DNA of 63,983 bases, the filler included, from an uncultured Myxococcia bacterium (GTDB lineage: Bacteria > CAZTWC01): NCBI GenBank assembly GCA_964617105.1. It is 9 parts of 9 records of this genome, joined end to end, with 100 filler letters (N's around TTAATTAATTAA, not from the genome) between each part and the next. Parts side by side here need not be neighbours in the genome. Positions count along the whole stretch, not along the records: positions 22,127 to 29,339 come from CAZTWC010000191.1; positions 29,440 to 36,648 come from CAZTWC010000192.1; positions 36,749 to 43,944 come from CAZTWC010000193.1; 6 more parts are not named here. The stretch is one strand, 5' to 3'. The position numbers and the translations under genes are program-made. Each line of letters opens with the position of its first letter. Positions within the stretch are counted from its first letter, which is position 1. The notes beneath the pieces were generated by a model. The model did not search any database and had not been told where the DNA came from. It worked only from the letters and a program-made list of their open reading frames with translations. This document shows, in pieces, positions 28,850-38,134 of the stretch.

Positions 28850-29339
28850 TTTGAATCTCCTTATCACCAAACATCTCCAGATAACTTTCCCGAATACCAA
28901 AACAGGTATCCTCGATGGCACATCTCCGGCATCTGCTGGTTTTAACCCCCAGATCGATCTCCCCTTTTTCCAATCTAAAATTATTGGCAGGAGTGATAAC
29001 CAGGGTATTTTCCTGAATTGGGTGCCATACAGCATCCTGATGATCGGGAAAAAAGCAGTAGGGGATATAGTATACTTTGAAAATCTTATCAGATTTTGTG
29101 TATTTATCAAGCATTTGATTTATTATGTCGGATGTTTCCTTTAAGGTTGGAATCAAATGGGGATGCTGCACTGCTTTTCCCTCAAAAGCTATATGCCAAA
29201 AATTGATATTTCTTGCCCCTAATTTGAAGTAGTGTTCACATAACTCCTCCAAATGAATAACAATTGGCTTGCTAACCAATAGATCCAATTCCAATGGTAA
29301 CCCCTTAGCCAGCACATTGATAAGGGCTTTTTCCACCAG
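28842..29339 (-). CDS. Radical SAM family protein C-terminus (5'-partial)
   Basis: YIPYCFF, CRRC..TCFG..YLEMFG; same C-terminal pattern as the radical SAM domain of 22565-24448. Confidence 0.7.
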   Translation of the reverse strand: MVEKALINVLAKGLPLELDLLVSKPIVIHLEELCEHYFKLGARNINFWHIAFEGKAVQHPHLIPTLKETSDIINQMLDKYTKSDKIFKVYYIPYCFFPDHQDAVWHPIQENTLVITPANNFRLEKGEIDLGVKTSRCRRCAIEDTCFGIRESYLEMFGDKEIQNE

Positions 29340-29439
29340 NNNNNNNNNNNNNNNNNNNNNNNNNNNNNNNNNNNNNNNNNNNNTTAATTAATTAANNNNN
29401 NNNNNNNNNNNNNNNNNNNNNNNNNNNNNNNNNNNNNNN
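29340..29439. other. Artificial contig spacer
   Basis: N44-TTAATTAATTAA-N44. Confidence 0.99.
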
Positions 29440-29616
29440 CGCTATATAAGAATTAAAGATATCATCGGAACCACCAACCCGGTAGACTCGGAATCCAACC
29501 CGACCCTGGACACCTACGACAGTTTCCTTAATCCCATTTATGACCCATACCAAACCGTTGATTCAGCTGGCTTCGATCTGGAGGCGGTGGCTGTACTTAA
29601 TCAGACGGGAGATTGA
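29440..29616 (+). CDS. C-terminus of a cell-surface protein associated with B12 loci (5'-partial)
   Basis: Own translation RYIRIKDIIG..NPIYDPYQTVDSAGFDLEAVAVLNQTGD*; stop overlaps the TTG start of the receptor. Confidence 0.7.
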   Translation, partial: RYIRIKDIIGTTNPVDSESNPTLDTYDSFLNPIYDPYQTVDSAGFDLEAVAVLNQTGD

Positions 29617-31691
29617 TAGTGCTCTCTTTTCCTGGAAAAGTAACCTGGTTTTGCCTGCTATTTCTGTTTTTTACCGGCATCAGCCTCCAAATTGTTCATG
29701 GCAAAGAAAAAATAGACAGCAGCAAAACTTCGGAAGATATCGAACAAATTACTATTTCAGCACAGCGTCAACATTCAACCAACAAATCGGTATCTGCCCA
29801 GGTTAGCATCATTGATGCGGAGCAAATTAAAAATACCGCTCCCCGCAACCTGGCCGAAGTGGTATCTCAAGCTTTGGGAGTGGAAATCAACCGCTATGGC
29901 GGTATCTCCGAGATGAGTGTTATCAGTATCCGCGGTTCCTCTGCGGAACAAGTTTTGGTGCTGGTCAACGGTAAGCGGCTCAATTCTGCCCAGGGAGGGG
30001 GGGTGAATCTCTCCACCATAAATCCGGAGGATATCGAGCGGATAGAAATTATCCGGGGCGGTGGAAGCGCTATTCACGGAGAAAATGCTTTTGGCGGTGT
30101 TCTCAATATAATTACCAAAGATGGTTACGGCAAACAATTCAGTGGTGGTTTGCAGGGCGGTTATGCATCCTTTAACACCGCCAGCCTATCGGCCCAACTA
30201 ATGGACTCCTTTGGACCTGACCAACAACTGGACTATTTTTTCTCTATAAGTGGTCTATATACCGAAGGTAATTATACTTTTCCAGACCCCCACGCCCTGG
30301 GAGGGACTGGCCGCCGTCAAAACAGCCAGGGATTGGCAGGAGATATCTCTTTCAAAGGAGGATGGGACCTGGATAAAAAAGAGGGAATTCGCCTGTCATT
30401 CTCAATGCACCAGCACTATGATAAAAAAGGGGTGCCCGGCCTAAAGGAGTTTCCAACCCCAAGCGCCACCATGGAAGATACCCGCCATCTAGGCATGCTC
30501 AGTCTCATCTATCCGCTTTCAAAAACTTTTGAATTGGGTCTCGATTTGTATGGTATCAAACAGTTACGCAGTTATCAAGATCCCGACTTTTACCTGGGTC
30601 TGGTTGATGACAGCCACGACAACAAAACCGGAGGATGGGACCTGGAGATCCACCAGACTAATAAGTGGAAAAAGATTAAAATTGACACGGTGTCTGGTTA
30701 CAATTTGCGTTATGACCACCTCATCTCCACCGGATTGCTCACCGCCGAGGAGGCCAGCAAAGAGAGCGGACGAATCTCCCGTCTCTCCCACAATGGATAT
30801 AGTCGGGCTGACTTCCATTTTTTCCTGAACACTCCATCAAAAGGGTTGGAGCAAAAAGGAGGTGTTCAGGGACGGCTGGTTCTATCTCCGGCACTCCGAT
30901 TGGAAAGCAGTAAACTCTCATACGGCCAGCGACAGGTTCAGCAACCGCAAGACGCTTTTTCTTACAGCCTGGGATGGCGGGTGGCCATCGATAGACAAAA
31001 CCTGGTGGTAATTAAGGGTAATGCTGGCACTGCTTTTCGTAATCCTACCTTTAACGACCTGTTCTGGCCGGCCACCTCCTTTGCCCTGGGAAACCCGCAA
31101 CTGAAACCGGAGAGGATGTTTATTTTCGACACTGGAGTAAATATCAAACCGTTTCCCTTTATCTCCCTGGAAGCAGTGGGATTCTTACACCAGGCCAGAG
31201 ATTTAATCCAATGGAACCCTGGTGCGGCCGGACTGTGGCAACCGCAAAATATTGGCAAGGCCAGGATATGGGGGTTGGAATTGGAAGCCGCGCTGTTGCT
31301 GGAGATTCCCTGGCTGCAGGGCTTTGGAGAGGTGAAAGTAAACTACTCCTTTTTAGCGGCTCAAGATAAAACCGAAGGCACTCCCTCCTACAACCGGCAA
31401 TTGCCCCGCCGCGCCAAGGAGAAATTTAATCTGCTCATCAATTACACCAATTACCAGGGCCACTCTTTAAACTTAAACGGTAGATACGTAGGCCACCGAT
31501 ATATCACCGCCCAAAATACCAAATATCTAGACCCCTATTTGGTTGTGGATGGAACCTGCACCTTCTACCTTAAAGAAAAAATATATCTAATTTTTACGGT
31601 AAAAAATCTTTTGGGAACCCGATATGTGGATATCCGTGAATTTCCGGTGCCCGGGCGAGAAGGCGGAATAAAACTGGGAGTTCAATTTTAA
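29613..31691 (+). CDS. btuB: TonB-dependent receptor, BtuB-like
   Basis: Plug motifs SIRGSSAEQVLVLVNG, IERIEIIRG; AFRNPTFNDLFW, GNPQLKPE, terminal F; B12 gene context. Confidence 0.8.
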   Translation: MIVLSFPGKVTWFCLLFLFFTGISLQIVHGKEKIDSSKTSEDIEQITISAQRQHSTNKSVSAQVSIIDAEQIKNTAPRNLAEVVSQALGVEINRYGGISEMSVISIRGSSAEQVLVLVNGKRLNSAQGGGVNLSTINPEDIERIEIIRGGGSAIHGENAFGGVLNIITKDGYGKQFSGGLQGGYASFNTASLSAQLMDSFGPDQQLDYFFSISGLYTEGNYTFPDPHALGGTGRRQNSQGLAGDISFKGGWDLDKKEGIRLSFSMHQHYDKKGVPGLKEFPTPSATMEDTRHLGMLSLIYPLSKTFELGLDLYGIKQLRSYQDPDFYLGLVDDSHDNKTGGWDLEIHQTNKWKKIKIDTVSGYNLRYDHLISTGLLTAEEASKESGRISRLSHNGYSRADFHFFLNTPSKGLEQKGGVQGRLVLSPALRLESSKLSYGQRQVQQPQDAFSYSLGWRVAIDRQNLVVIKGNAGTAFRNPTFNDLFWPATSFALGNPQLKPERMFIFDTGVNIKPFPFISLEAVGFLHQARDLIQWNPGAAGLWQPQNIGKARIWGLELEAALLLEIPWLQGFGEVKVNYSFLAAQDKTEGTPSYNRQLPRRAKEKFNLLINYTNYQGHSLNLNGRYVGHRYITAQNTKYLDPYLVVDGTCTFYLKEKIYLIFTVKNLLGTRYVDIREFPVPGREGGIKLGVQF

Positions 31692-31742
31692 GTGACGGAC
31701 AAACCAGTAAGAAGGTGAAATTATTTTTATGAGGGCCATCAG

Positions 31743-32534
31743 TTACTGGTACAGTCTAAAAACAAACTCTTTTTTAAAAGTGGCTTTCTGGCCGGATGCC
31801 GGGCATCTCCACTTTTCGGTTACGGTTCTGATGGCAACCTGGTCCAGTAAACGGTGGCCGCTGGACTGCAGAAGTTTGACCCGGTTGATACCACCATCCT
31901 GACGGACACTGACCTCCAGCCTGGCAACGCCCTCCATACCCCAACGCCTGGCCATAGCAGGATATTCCGGTCTGGGCTGCCCCGCTCCCAGGCACAGTTT
32001 CAAAGCATGAGCACCGCTATCTCCTTCACCTCCTTTGACGACCGCAGGAAAAACCGCATCTAAAGCCTCTCCGGTAGTAATAGCCGGAACTGACTCTTCT
32101 CCAACAGCGGCTGCAACTGGGATACTTGATAAACCTGGCTGAGTATCTGGGGACATATTTTCATCCTCAGAACTATCTGCCAATTTTTTCCCTGGCGCAG
32201 TATCAATTTCAACTATTTCCCGGGGCACCTCCTGGATTGCTGTAACAGTTCTAACCAATTCCGATTTGTCTTTTTTATCCTGGCCCATTTGGGCTATCTC
32301 ATCCCGGGGTGGTGCCGGGATAGCCTGAGTCCCCAAATTCCTGTTAGCAATTTTTACTTGTATCAACTCTTTGGTCACCTTTTTTTCATCAAAAAGAGGG
32401 GTTGATGTCGGGAAAAAAATGATAAATATAAGGTGTGCAAGGACAGATAAAAACAGGGCAATCAACAGATTGATTTCCGCTGAGAAACGCTGTTTCTGGT
32501 TATTCTTTGACCAGCAAAGGCAATTGGACGCCAT
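31743..32534 (-). CDS. tonB: Energy transducer TonB
   Basis: SVLAH TM motif; PEYPAMARRWGMEG, SSGHRLLD; start uncertain. Confidence 0.88.
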   Translation of the reverse strand: MASNCLCWSKNNQKQRFSAEINLLIALFLSVLAHLIFIIFFPTSTPLFDEKKVTKELIQVKIANRNLGTQAIPAPPRDEIAQMGQDKKDKSELVRTVTAIQEVPREIVEIDTAPGKKLADSSEDENMSPDTQPGLSSIPVAAAVGEESVPAITTGEALDAVFPAVVKGGEGDSGAHALKLCLGAGQPRPEYPAMARRWGMEGVARLEVSVRQDGGINRVKLLQSSGHRLLDQVAIRTVTEKWRCPASGQKATFKKEFVFRLYQ

Positions 32535-33591
32535 CTGATCCTTTGATCTCTGTGAGAAGCCGGTGGGGTTCATCTCTCTCCAGAACCAGTATTTTGTCCC
32601 GGTTAAAATGGCAGACAAAAAGTCTGTTATTAGTTATATCTACGACAACGCCGGAATAAAAATCACCATTGGGATCTTGACCTGTCACCAGATAGTTGGA
32701 GGATGGGTGAATAATTTTCCGGGTCTGATAATTGTACGACATCAGTCCACCCATTCCAGTAAGGTATATGATCTTTCTCTGCCAGTCAATCCCATTACCG
32801 CCCCAACCGGGAGAGCCACCAATATCAAGTTGCCCTACTTTCTGGTCTTTTTTTGCGTCTACAATGACAATTTTACCATCATCGGAACCAGGTCCACCAT
32901 TTTTGCCGGTGCAGATAATATGCACCTCTTCCAGTTCCGGCAGGGCTATTACACCCTGCGGATTTTGCGGAACCGGAATAGTTTTTATAACCTGGCCAGA
33001 AACAGTATCGATAACACTGACACTACCTGGATCAAAAGAAAAAGTCTGATAATTCCAGGCACTGTTGCAAACATATATTTTACCATTTAAATAGGCTAAC
33101 CCCTCTGGTCCCCGCCCCACATCGATCTTCTTTAGCAGGGTTTTGTTCTTCAAGTCTACCTCTGCCACCTGACCGGCGGCAAAATTGCTCACATAACCTC
33201 TGTTGGCCTTTGGGGCTATAGCCATTGACCAGGGGTTGGCGCCTTTGCCCAGATAAATATCACCCTCCTTCTTGAGTGTGGACTCATCATAAACCGTTAT
33301 ACTATTGTCTCCCGAATTAACCACATAAATCTTCCCGCTCCAATAGACAATATCGTTGGGCCAAATCCCCAGGGAAATAACATCGCTGTAAATCTTCATG
33401 GTGGAGGGCTCAATTATACTCAGAGTCTCGGCCAAACTATTAAGCAGCATGATCTCCTGCTTAAAATCGGGGAAAATTCTCTGCTCAGGCTGGTTGGATG
33501 GTGCTTTTGCACAGCCGCCAATAAAAAAGAGAAACAGGATAAATCCTAAAATCTGCTGCCATCTGGATGTCTGTTTGAGAACGATATTCAT
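32500..33591 (-). CDS. YncE-family beta-propeller lipoprotein (BtuG-like)
   Basis: Lipobox IGGC; repeated IYVVNSG / GYVSN / IYVCNS blades; downstream of a cobalamin riboswitch. Confidence 0.8.
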   Translation of the reverse strand: MNIVLKQTSRWQQILGFILFLFFIGGCAKAPSNQPEQRIFPDFKQEIMLLNSLAETLSIIEPSTMKIYSDVISLGIWPNDIVYWSGKIYVVNSGDNSITVYDESTLKKEGDIYLGKGANPWSMAIAPKANRGYVSNFAAGQVAEVDLKNKTLLKKIDVGRGPEGLAYLNGKIYVCNSAWNYQTFSFDPGSVSVIDTVSGQVIKTIPVPQNPQGVIALPELEEVHIICTGKNGGPGSDDGKIVIVDAKKDQKVGQLDIGGSPGWGGNGIDWQRKIIYLTGMGGLMSYNYQTRKIIHPSSNYLVTGQDPNGDFYSGVVVDITNNRLFVCHFNRDKILVLERDEPHRLLTEIKGSDGVQLPLLVKE

Positions 33592-33598
33592 ACTGCTA

Positions 33599-34441
33599 CT
33601 ATTCAACCCCAGATGGTTTAATCTTCATCACATTATCGATAGCAAAATAGGCCGGGGTATTCATTCCGTAATCACCATTGTCAGAGGAAGTGACACTGAA
33701 CTTTAGTCCGCTGACTTTACCCAGGGAGGAGAGGTCAACCCAGGTCCAATCTTTAACAATATAATCTTTACTGTTGTCTTCAGACCTGAAATCGGCCAGG
33801 TAGAACTCTTTTTTGGCAATGCTCTTTCCTGCAACGTCAACCCCTTCAATGGTCAACAAATACCAATCCTTATCGTTTCCATCAGCGCCGCCAAATTTTT
33901 TAGCGTAATCATCACCCTCTTTCATGGAAAGGTAGGTATAGGTGGTGTTGGTAATGTAGGCCCCGGCAATCTCAACGGGGGTGGTGTCGTCATTTAACTT
34001 GATGGTTGGCGGATTGTCAGGGTCCATAGAGTTGCAGTAGCCCACTGCATAATTGGTTGCTGCATCTACTCCGCAGCCTTTGATGGCACTATATTGGTTT
34101 TGAAATCCCGAAGTGGTGATATCGGTGATATTGGAATAGGCAAAACCATGCCAGGATTTATATTCAGCATTGTAAACATTGTTAAAATGGAGTTTGCCAC
34201 TTTTAAAACCTTTAGAATCGTCAGCACCGTTCCAAAAGGAATCTTTGTCCAGGGTCAAATCTTCCAGATGAGCCCAACTAGAGCAACTCAGATCATCGGC
34301 TTTACACTGTGATCCCTCTTTTTTAGAATCATCTGACTGATTCTGATCTGTCTCTTTGGGATCAGCACTTTTATCGGTACCGCCGCAGCCCCATAAAGAT
34401 AATACTAACACTAGACACAATAAACCTAATACTTTTTTCAT
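33599..34441 (-). CDS. DUF4465 lipoprotein (BtuJ-like)
   Basis: Lipobox LWGC; WHGFAYSN, FYLADFR, WTWVDLSSLG, SSDNGDYGMNTPAYFAID; RBS AAAGGAGA. Confidence 0.9.
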   Translation of the reverse strand: MKKVLGLLCLVLVLSLWGCGGTDKSADPKETDQNQSDDSKKEGSQCKADDLSCSSWAHLEDLTLDKDSFWNGADDSKGFKSGKLHFNNVYNAEYKSWHGFAYSNITDITTSGFQNQYSAIKGCGVDAATNYAVGYCNSMDPDNPPTIKLNDDTTPVEIAGAYITNTTYTYLSMKEGDDYAKKFGGADGNDKDWYLLTIEGVDVAGKSIAKKEFYLADFRSEDNSKDYIVKDWTWVDLSSLGKVSGLKFSVTSSDNGDYGMNTPAYFAIDNVMKIKPSGVE

Positions 34442-34614
34442 GACATCTCCTTTCAAAAAATTACCGTATCCGTCTGAAAATTAACTCTGAAGCAATAATT
34501 GCCGCCAAAGGACGTTTTCTGATGAACACAGACTTAAAATTAAAGGAGAATGAGGTGAGACTTTCGACACCAACATTTCTCCTTCCGCGAAGAGAAACTA
34601 TCTGGTTATTTATT

Positions 34615-34775
34615 AGGCATGGTAGGTCTTCCGGCTTACGAGTCTTCCTATTTCCAGCGCCTTCCCATGGCTAATATCCACAGTGGCATAGTGCCGGTTT
34701 CGTCATCGCTTACGGCGGCGGGACCGCGCTGGATTTGCACCAGCCTTCCCTTAACCAATACCTGAGAAATCGTTT
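34615..34775 (-). ncRNA. Cobalamin riboswitch
   Basis: Minus strand: AGGT..AAGGGAAGGCTGGTGCAAATCCAGCGCGGTCCCGCCGCCGTAA..GCCACTG..GGGAAGGC..AAGCCGGAAGACCTACC (B12 box); ends approximate. Confidence 0.93.
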
Positions 34776-34909
34776 AACACGGCTTTTATAAATTGTAAAG
34801 AAAAAATAACTTCGGAATAGTGGGGTTTTGGTTGAACAAAATTATCTTTGTGGTAAAATTTTGGGATATTTTTTAAATTAGCGTATTCAATAATAATTGA
34901 GGATAAATT

Positions 34910-36244
34910 ATGGGCACACATAAGCAAAAAACAATCAAAATCGCCAAGCCCGAAGGAAAACTAGGTATTTTAATTCCTGGACTGGGCGCTGTCGGCACTA
35001 CCCTAATTGCTGGCGCTATGCTGGTTAGGAATAATCATGCCCGTCCCATTGGCTCGCTTACTCAAATGGGCACCATGCGGCTGGGCAAAAGAACCGATGG
35101 CAGGTCACCTTTAATAAAAGATGTAGTTCCTTTGGCCAACCTTGATCAATTGGTTTTCGGCGGTTGGGATATTTTTCCCGAGTCCTGTTTTGATGCTGGT
35201 TCTAAAAGCAGTGTGCTAAAAAAAGAACATTTACAGGCAGTGCAGGATGAACTATCGGCCATTAAACCCATGACTGCGGTTTTTGATAAAAAATTTGTTA
35301 AAAACCTGGATGGTCCCAATGTAAAAAATGGTAAAAACAAACTGGATTTGGCCGAGCAACTTATAGAAGACATCGCTAAATTTAAACAGGAGCACAATTT
35401 AAACCGGATAGTAATGGTATGGTGTGCCAGTACTGAGATTTACCTGGAACCAGAAGATGTTCATAATGACCTGGAAGTTTTTGAGCAGGGTATGAAAGAG
35501 AATCATCCCAGTATAGCGCCCAGTATGATCTATGCCTATGCTGCTATCAAGTCGGGTGTGCCTTTTGTTAACGGCGCCCCCAACTTATCAGTGGATATAC
35601 CTGCCCTCAGGGAACTGGCCAACCAGAAAGCGGTTCCCATTGCCGGTCACGACTTTAAAACCGGACAAACCCTGATGAAAACTATACTGGCTCCGGGGCT
35701 AAAAGCACGCCTTTTGGGACTGGACGGTTGGTTTTCTACCAATATTTTAGGCAACCGGGATGGTGAAGTTTTGGACGACCCCGACTCCTTTAAAACCAAA
35801 GAGAAGAGTAAACTCTCTGTGCTACGCACCATTTTACAACCAGAGGTTTACCCCGATCTTTACCAGAACTATACTCATAAAGTTAGGATCAATTACTACC
35901 CACCCCGGGGTGACAACAAGGAAGGATGGGACAATATAGATATTTTCGGCTGGCTGGGTTACCCTATGCAGATAAAAATAGACTTTCTGTGCCGCGACTC
36001 TATCCTGGCGGCGCCAGTGGCTCTGGACCTGGCCCTGTTTATCGATTTGGCGGCCAGGGCCAACATGGGCGGAGTGCAGGAATGGCTATCCTTTTACTTT
36101 AAAAATCCCATGACCGCCAAAGAACTCTACCCTGAACACGACCTGTTCATCCAATTGACCAAATTAAAAAACACTTTGCGCTATCTAATTGGAGAAGAAT
36201 TGATCACCCACCTGGGGATAGAGTACTACAACTATTTTGATTGA
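34910..36244 (+). CDS. ino1: Inositol-3-phosphate synthase
   Basis: GLGAVG, FGGWD, DFKTGQT, STNILGNRDG, YYPPRGDNKEGWD, RDSILAAP. Confidence 0.95.
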   Translation: MGTHKQKTIKIAKPEGKLGILIPGLGAVGTTLIAGAMLVRNNHARPIGSLTQMGTMRLGKRTDGRSPLIKDVVPLANLDQLVFGGWDIFPESCFDAGSKSSVLKKEHLQAVQDELSAIKPMTAVFDKKFVKNLDGPNVKNGKNKLDLAEQLIEDIAKFKQEHNLNRIVMVWCASTEIYLEPEDVHNDLEVFEQGMKENHPSIAPSMIYAYAAIKSGVPFVNGAPNLSVDIPALRELANQKAVPIAGHDFKTGQTLMKTILAPGLKARLLGLDGWFSTNILGNRDGEVLDDPDSFKTKEKSKLSVLRTILQPEVYPDLYQNYTHKVRINYYPPRGDNKEGWDNIDIFGWLGYPMQIKIDFLCRDSILAAPVALDLALFIDLAARANMGGVQEWLSFYFKNPMTAKELYPEHDLFIQLTKLKNTLRYLIGEELITHLGIEYYNYFD

Positions 36245-36272
36245 GATATCTCTGAAAATCAACCAGGTTGCC

Positions 36273-36647
36273 TTACCAGTTCTTCTCGGCCAAGTCGCCG
36301 TCAGAACCCGGATTACCGTCAGAGTAGCCTCCCTGGCCGCCAATTCCCTGGGTGTTTTCGTTGGTGCTCAGCACCGGATTTGAACTGCCGGCTTTATAGA
36401 GGCAATAAGAGACACCTCCAGCGCCGCCGCCGCCAAAACCACCGGTGCCACCAGTGCCGCCATTACCGCCAGAACCACCTGCGCCCGATATATCTGCGCG
36501 ATTTCCGCCACCGCCACCGGTACCAGATTTTCCTCCTGACCCGCCGCTGCCACCTTTACCGCCAGTGCCGCCAGTGCCTGCTAAAATGATATTATCGTAG
36601 ATTTGCGGTGAGGAGTTGTATAGATAGATAGCAAAAGAGCCACCGCC
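36273..36647 (-). CDS. Glycine-rich PGRS-like protein C-terminus (5'-partial)
   Basis: Own translation GGGSFAIYLYNSSP..GTGGTGGKGGSGG..GGGGAGGVSYCLY..GDLAEKNW*. Confidence 0.75.
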   Translation of the reverse strand, partial: GGGSFAIYLYNSSPQIYDNIILAGTGGTGGKGGSGGSGGKSGTGGGGGNRADISGAGGSGGNGGTGGTGGFGGGGAGGVSYCLYKAGSSNPVLSTNENTQGIGGQGGYSDGNPGSDGDLAEKNW

Positions 36648-36648
36648 G

Positions 36649-36748
36649 NNNNNNNNNNNNNNNNNNNNNNNNNNNNNNNNNNNNNNNNNNNNTTAATTAA
36701 TTAANNNNNNNNNNNNNNNNNNNNNNNNNNNNNNNNNNNNNNNNNNNN
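36649..36748. other. Artificial contig spacer
   Basis: N44-TTAATTAATTAA-N44. Confidence 0.99.
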
Positions 36749-38059
36749 ATGGTCGGCAATCCGCTCTACATCTGCCACCATTTTCATCATTTGTCTAATT
36801 TCCCGTGCCATATGCTTATTCAATTTTACCCTTGATATATGGGCTAAAAAGTCAAGGATCTCCCTCTCGGCCTGGTCCACTGTTAATTCCTGGCGCTTGA
36901 TGCTTTCCGAGGATTTTGAAATGTTCTTCCCTGGATCGTTAATCAATTCAATGGCTTCCCTGAACATGCAACGGGTTGTCAGCATCATTTTGTAGATCTG
37001 CTGTCGGGCTTCGAAAATGGCCATATTGGGTGTATCGATCAAGGTAAAATTGAGATGGCGGATTCCTGTCATCTTGTCCTGGGAATCCCTTACCATGAAC
37101 TGTCCCAGGCGGGCCAAGTATTTAACAAATGGCAGCATGATAACCGTATTGGTGATGTTGAAAATTGTGTGGAAGGCAGCCAGGTGGGTCGGTATGGCCA
37201 AAGCATCTGAACCGGGATCACCAGGGATGAAATGATCCACCATACCAACGAGTTGTCTGAATATTGCTATTGCCCATATTACTCCAAAGATGTTGAAAAC
37301 CATGTGCACCCTGGCGGTTCTGCGGGCATCGACATTTGCACCGATGGTAGCGAGGTTAGCGGTGATGGTTGTGCCAATATTTTCGCCCAAAACGAGGGCT
37401 GCTGCGGTTTGAAAATCGATGAGCCCATTGGCTGCTGCTGTCAAAGTAACTGCCATTGTAGCAGAAGAGGATTGGATAATCATGGTGATTATTGTGCCCA
37501 CCATCAATACCATGATTGTGGAACCGAGTCCATCGGCTTGAAAACGGTGGATCATGGCTGCAAGTTCAGGGGATTCATTGATGTTGGGTACACTATGCTT
37601 CAGAAAAGAGAGGCCCAGGAATAAACGGCCAAAACCGATAAGGACCATCCCCCAGTTGGTGAGACGCTCATTTTTAAAAAACCTGGCAAAAAAACCAATC
37701 CCCACCGCGGGCAGGGCAAAGGAGGAAATTTTTATTTTAAAACCTAATATGGCTACAATCCAACCGGTAATGGTTGTTCCGATATTGGCACCCATGATTA
37801 CGCCAATGGACTGGATCAGGGTTATGAGTTCGGCATTAACGAAACTTACAAGCATTACGGTGGTTGCACTGGACGACTGAACAATAGCAGTAATTAAAAA
37901 GCCGGTAAACACACCCAAAAAACGGTTACTGGTGATGGATCTCATGATTGCTTTTAGACGGTTCCCTGCTACCATTTGCAGTGATTCACTCATTATTTTC
38001 ATGCCAAAGAGAAAAACACCCAACCCACCTATCAGTTGGAAAATAGTTCCAAATGTCAT
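36749..38059 (-). CDS. Na/Pi cotransporter family protein (3'-partial)
   Basis: Two QSSSAT repeats, GANIGTT / GENIGTT, PhoU-like tail DVERIADH. Confidence 0.95.
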
Positions 38060-38134
38060 TTTACTCTCCTATTGAGACTTTCAGTATTTAAATGGTTGAT
38101 TTTTTATATAAAACACTACTCTTTTCATCACCTT

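Noticed and set aside
28850-29110. 87-aa N-terminal extension of the PLD ORF
   Set aside because: Alternate frame of the upstream radical SAM gene; the signal peptide starts at 28849
36368-36589. Ala/Val-rich and Arg/His-rich ORFs in the track
   Set aside because: Alternate frames of the glycine-rich gene
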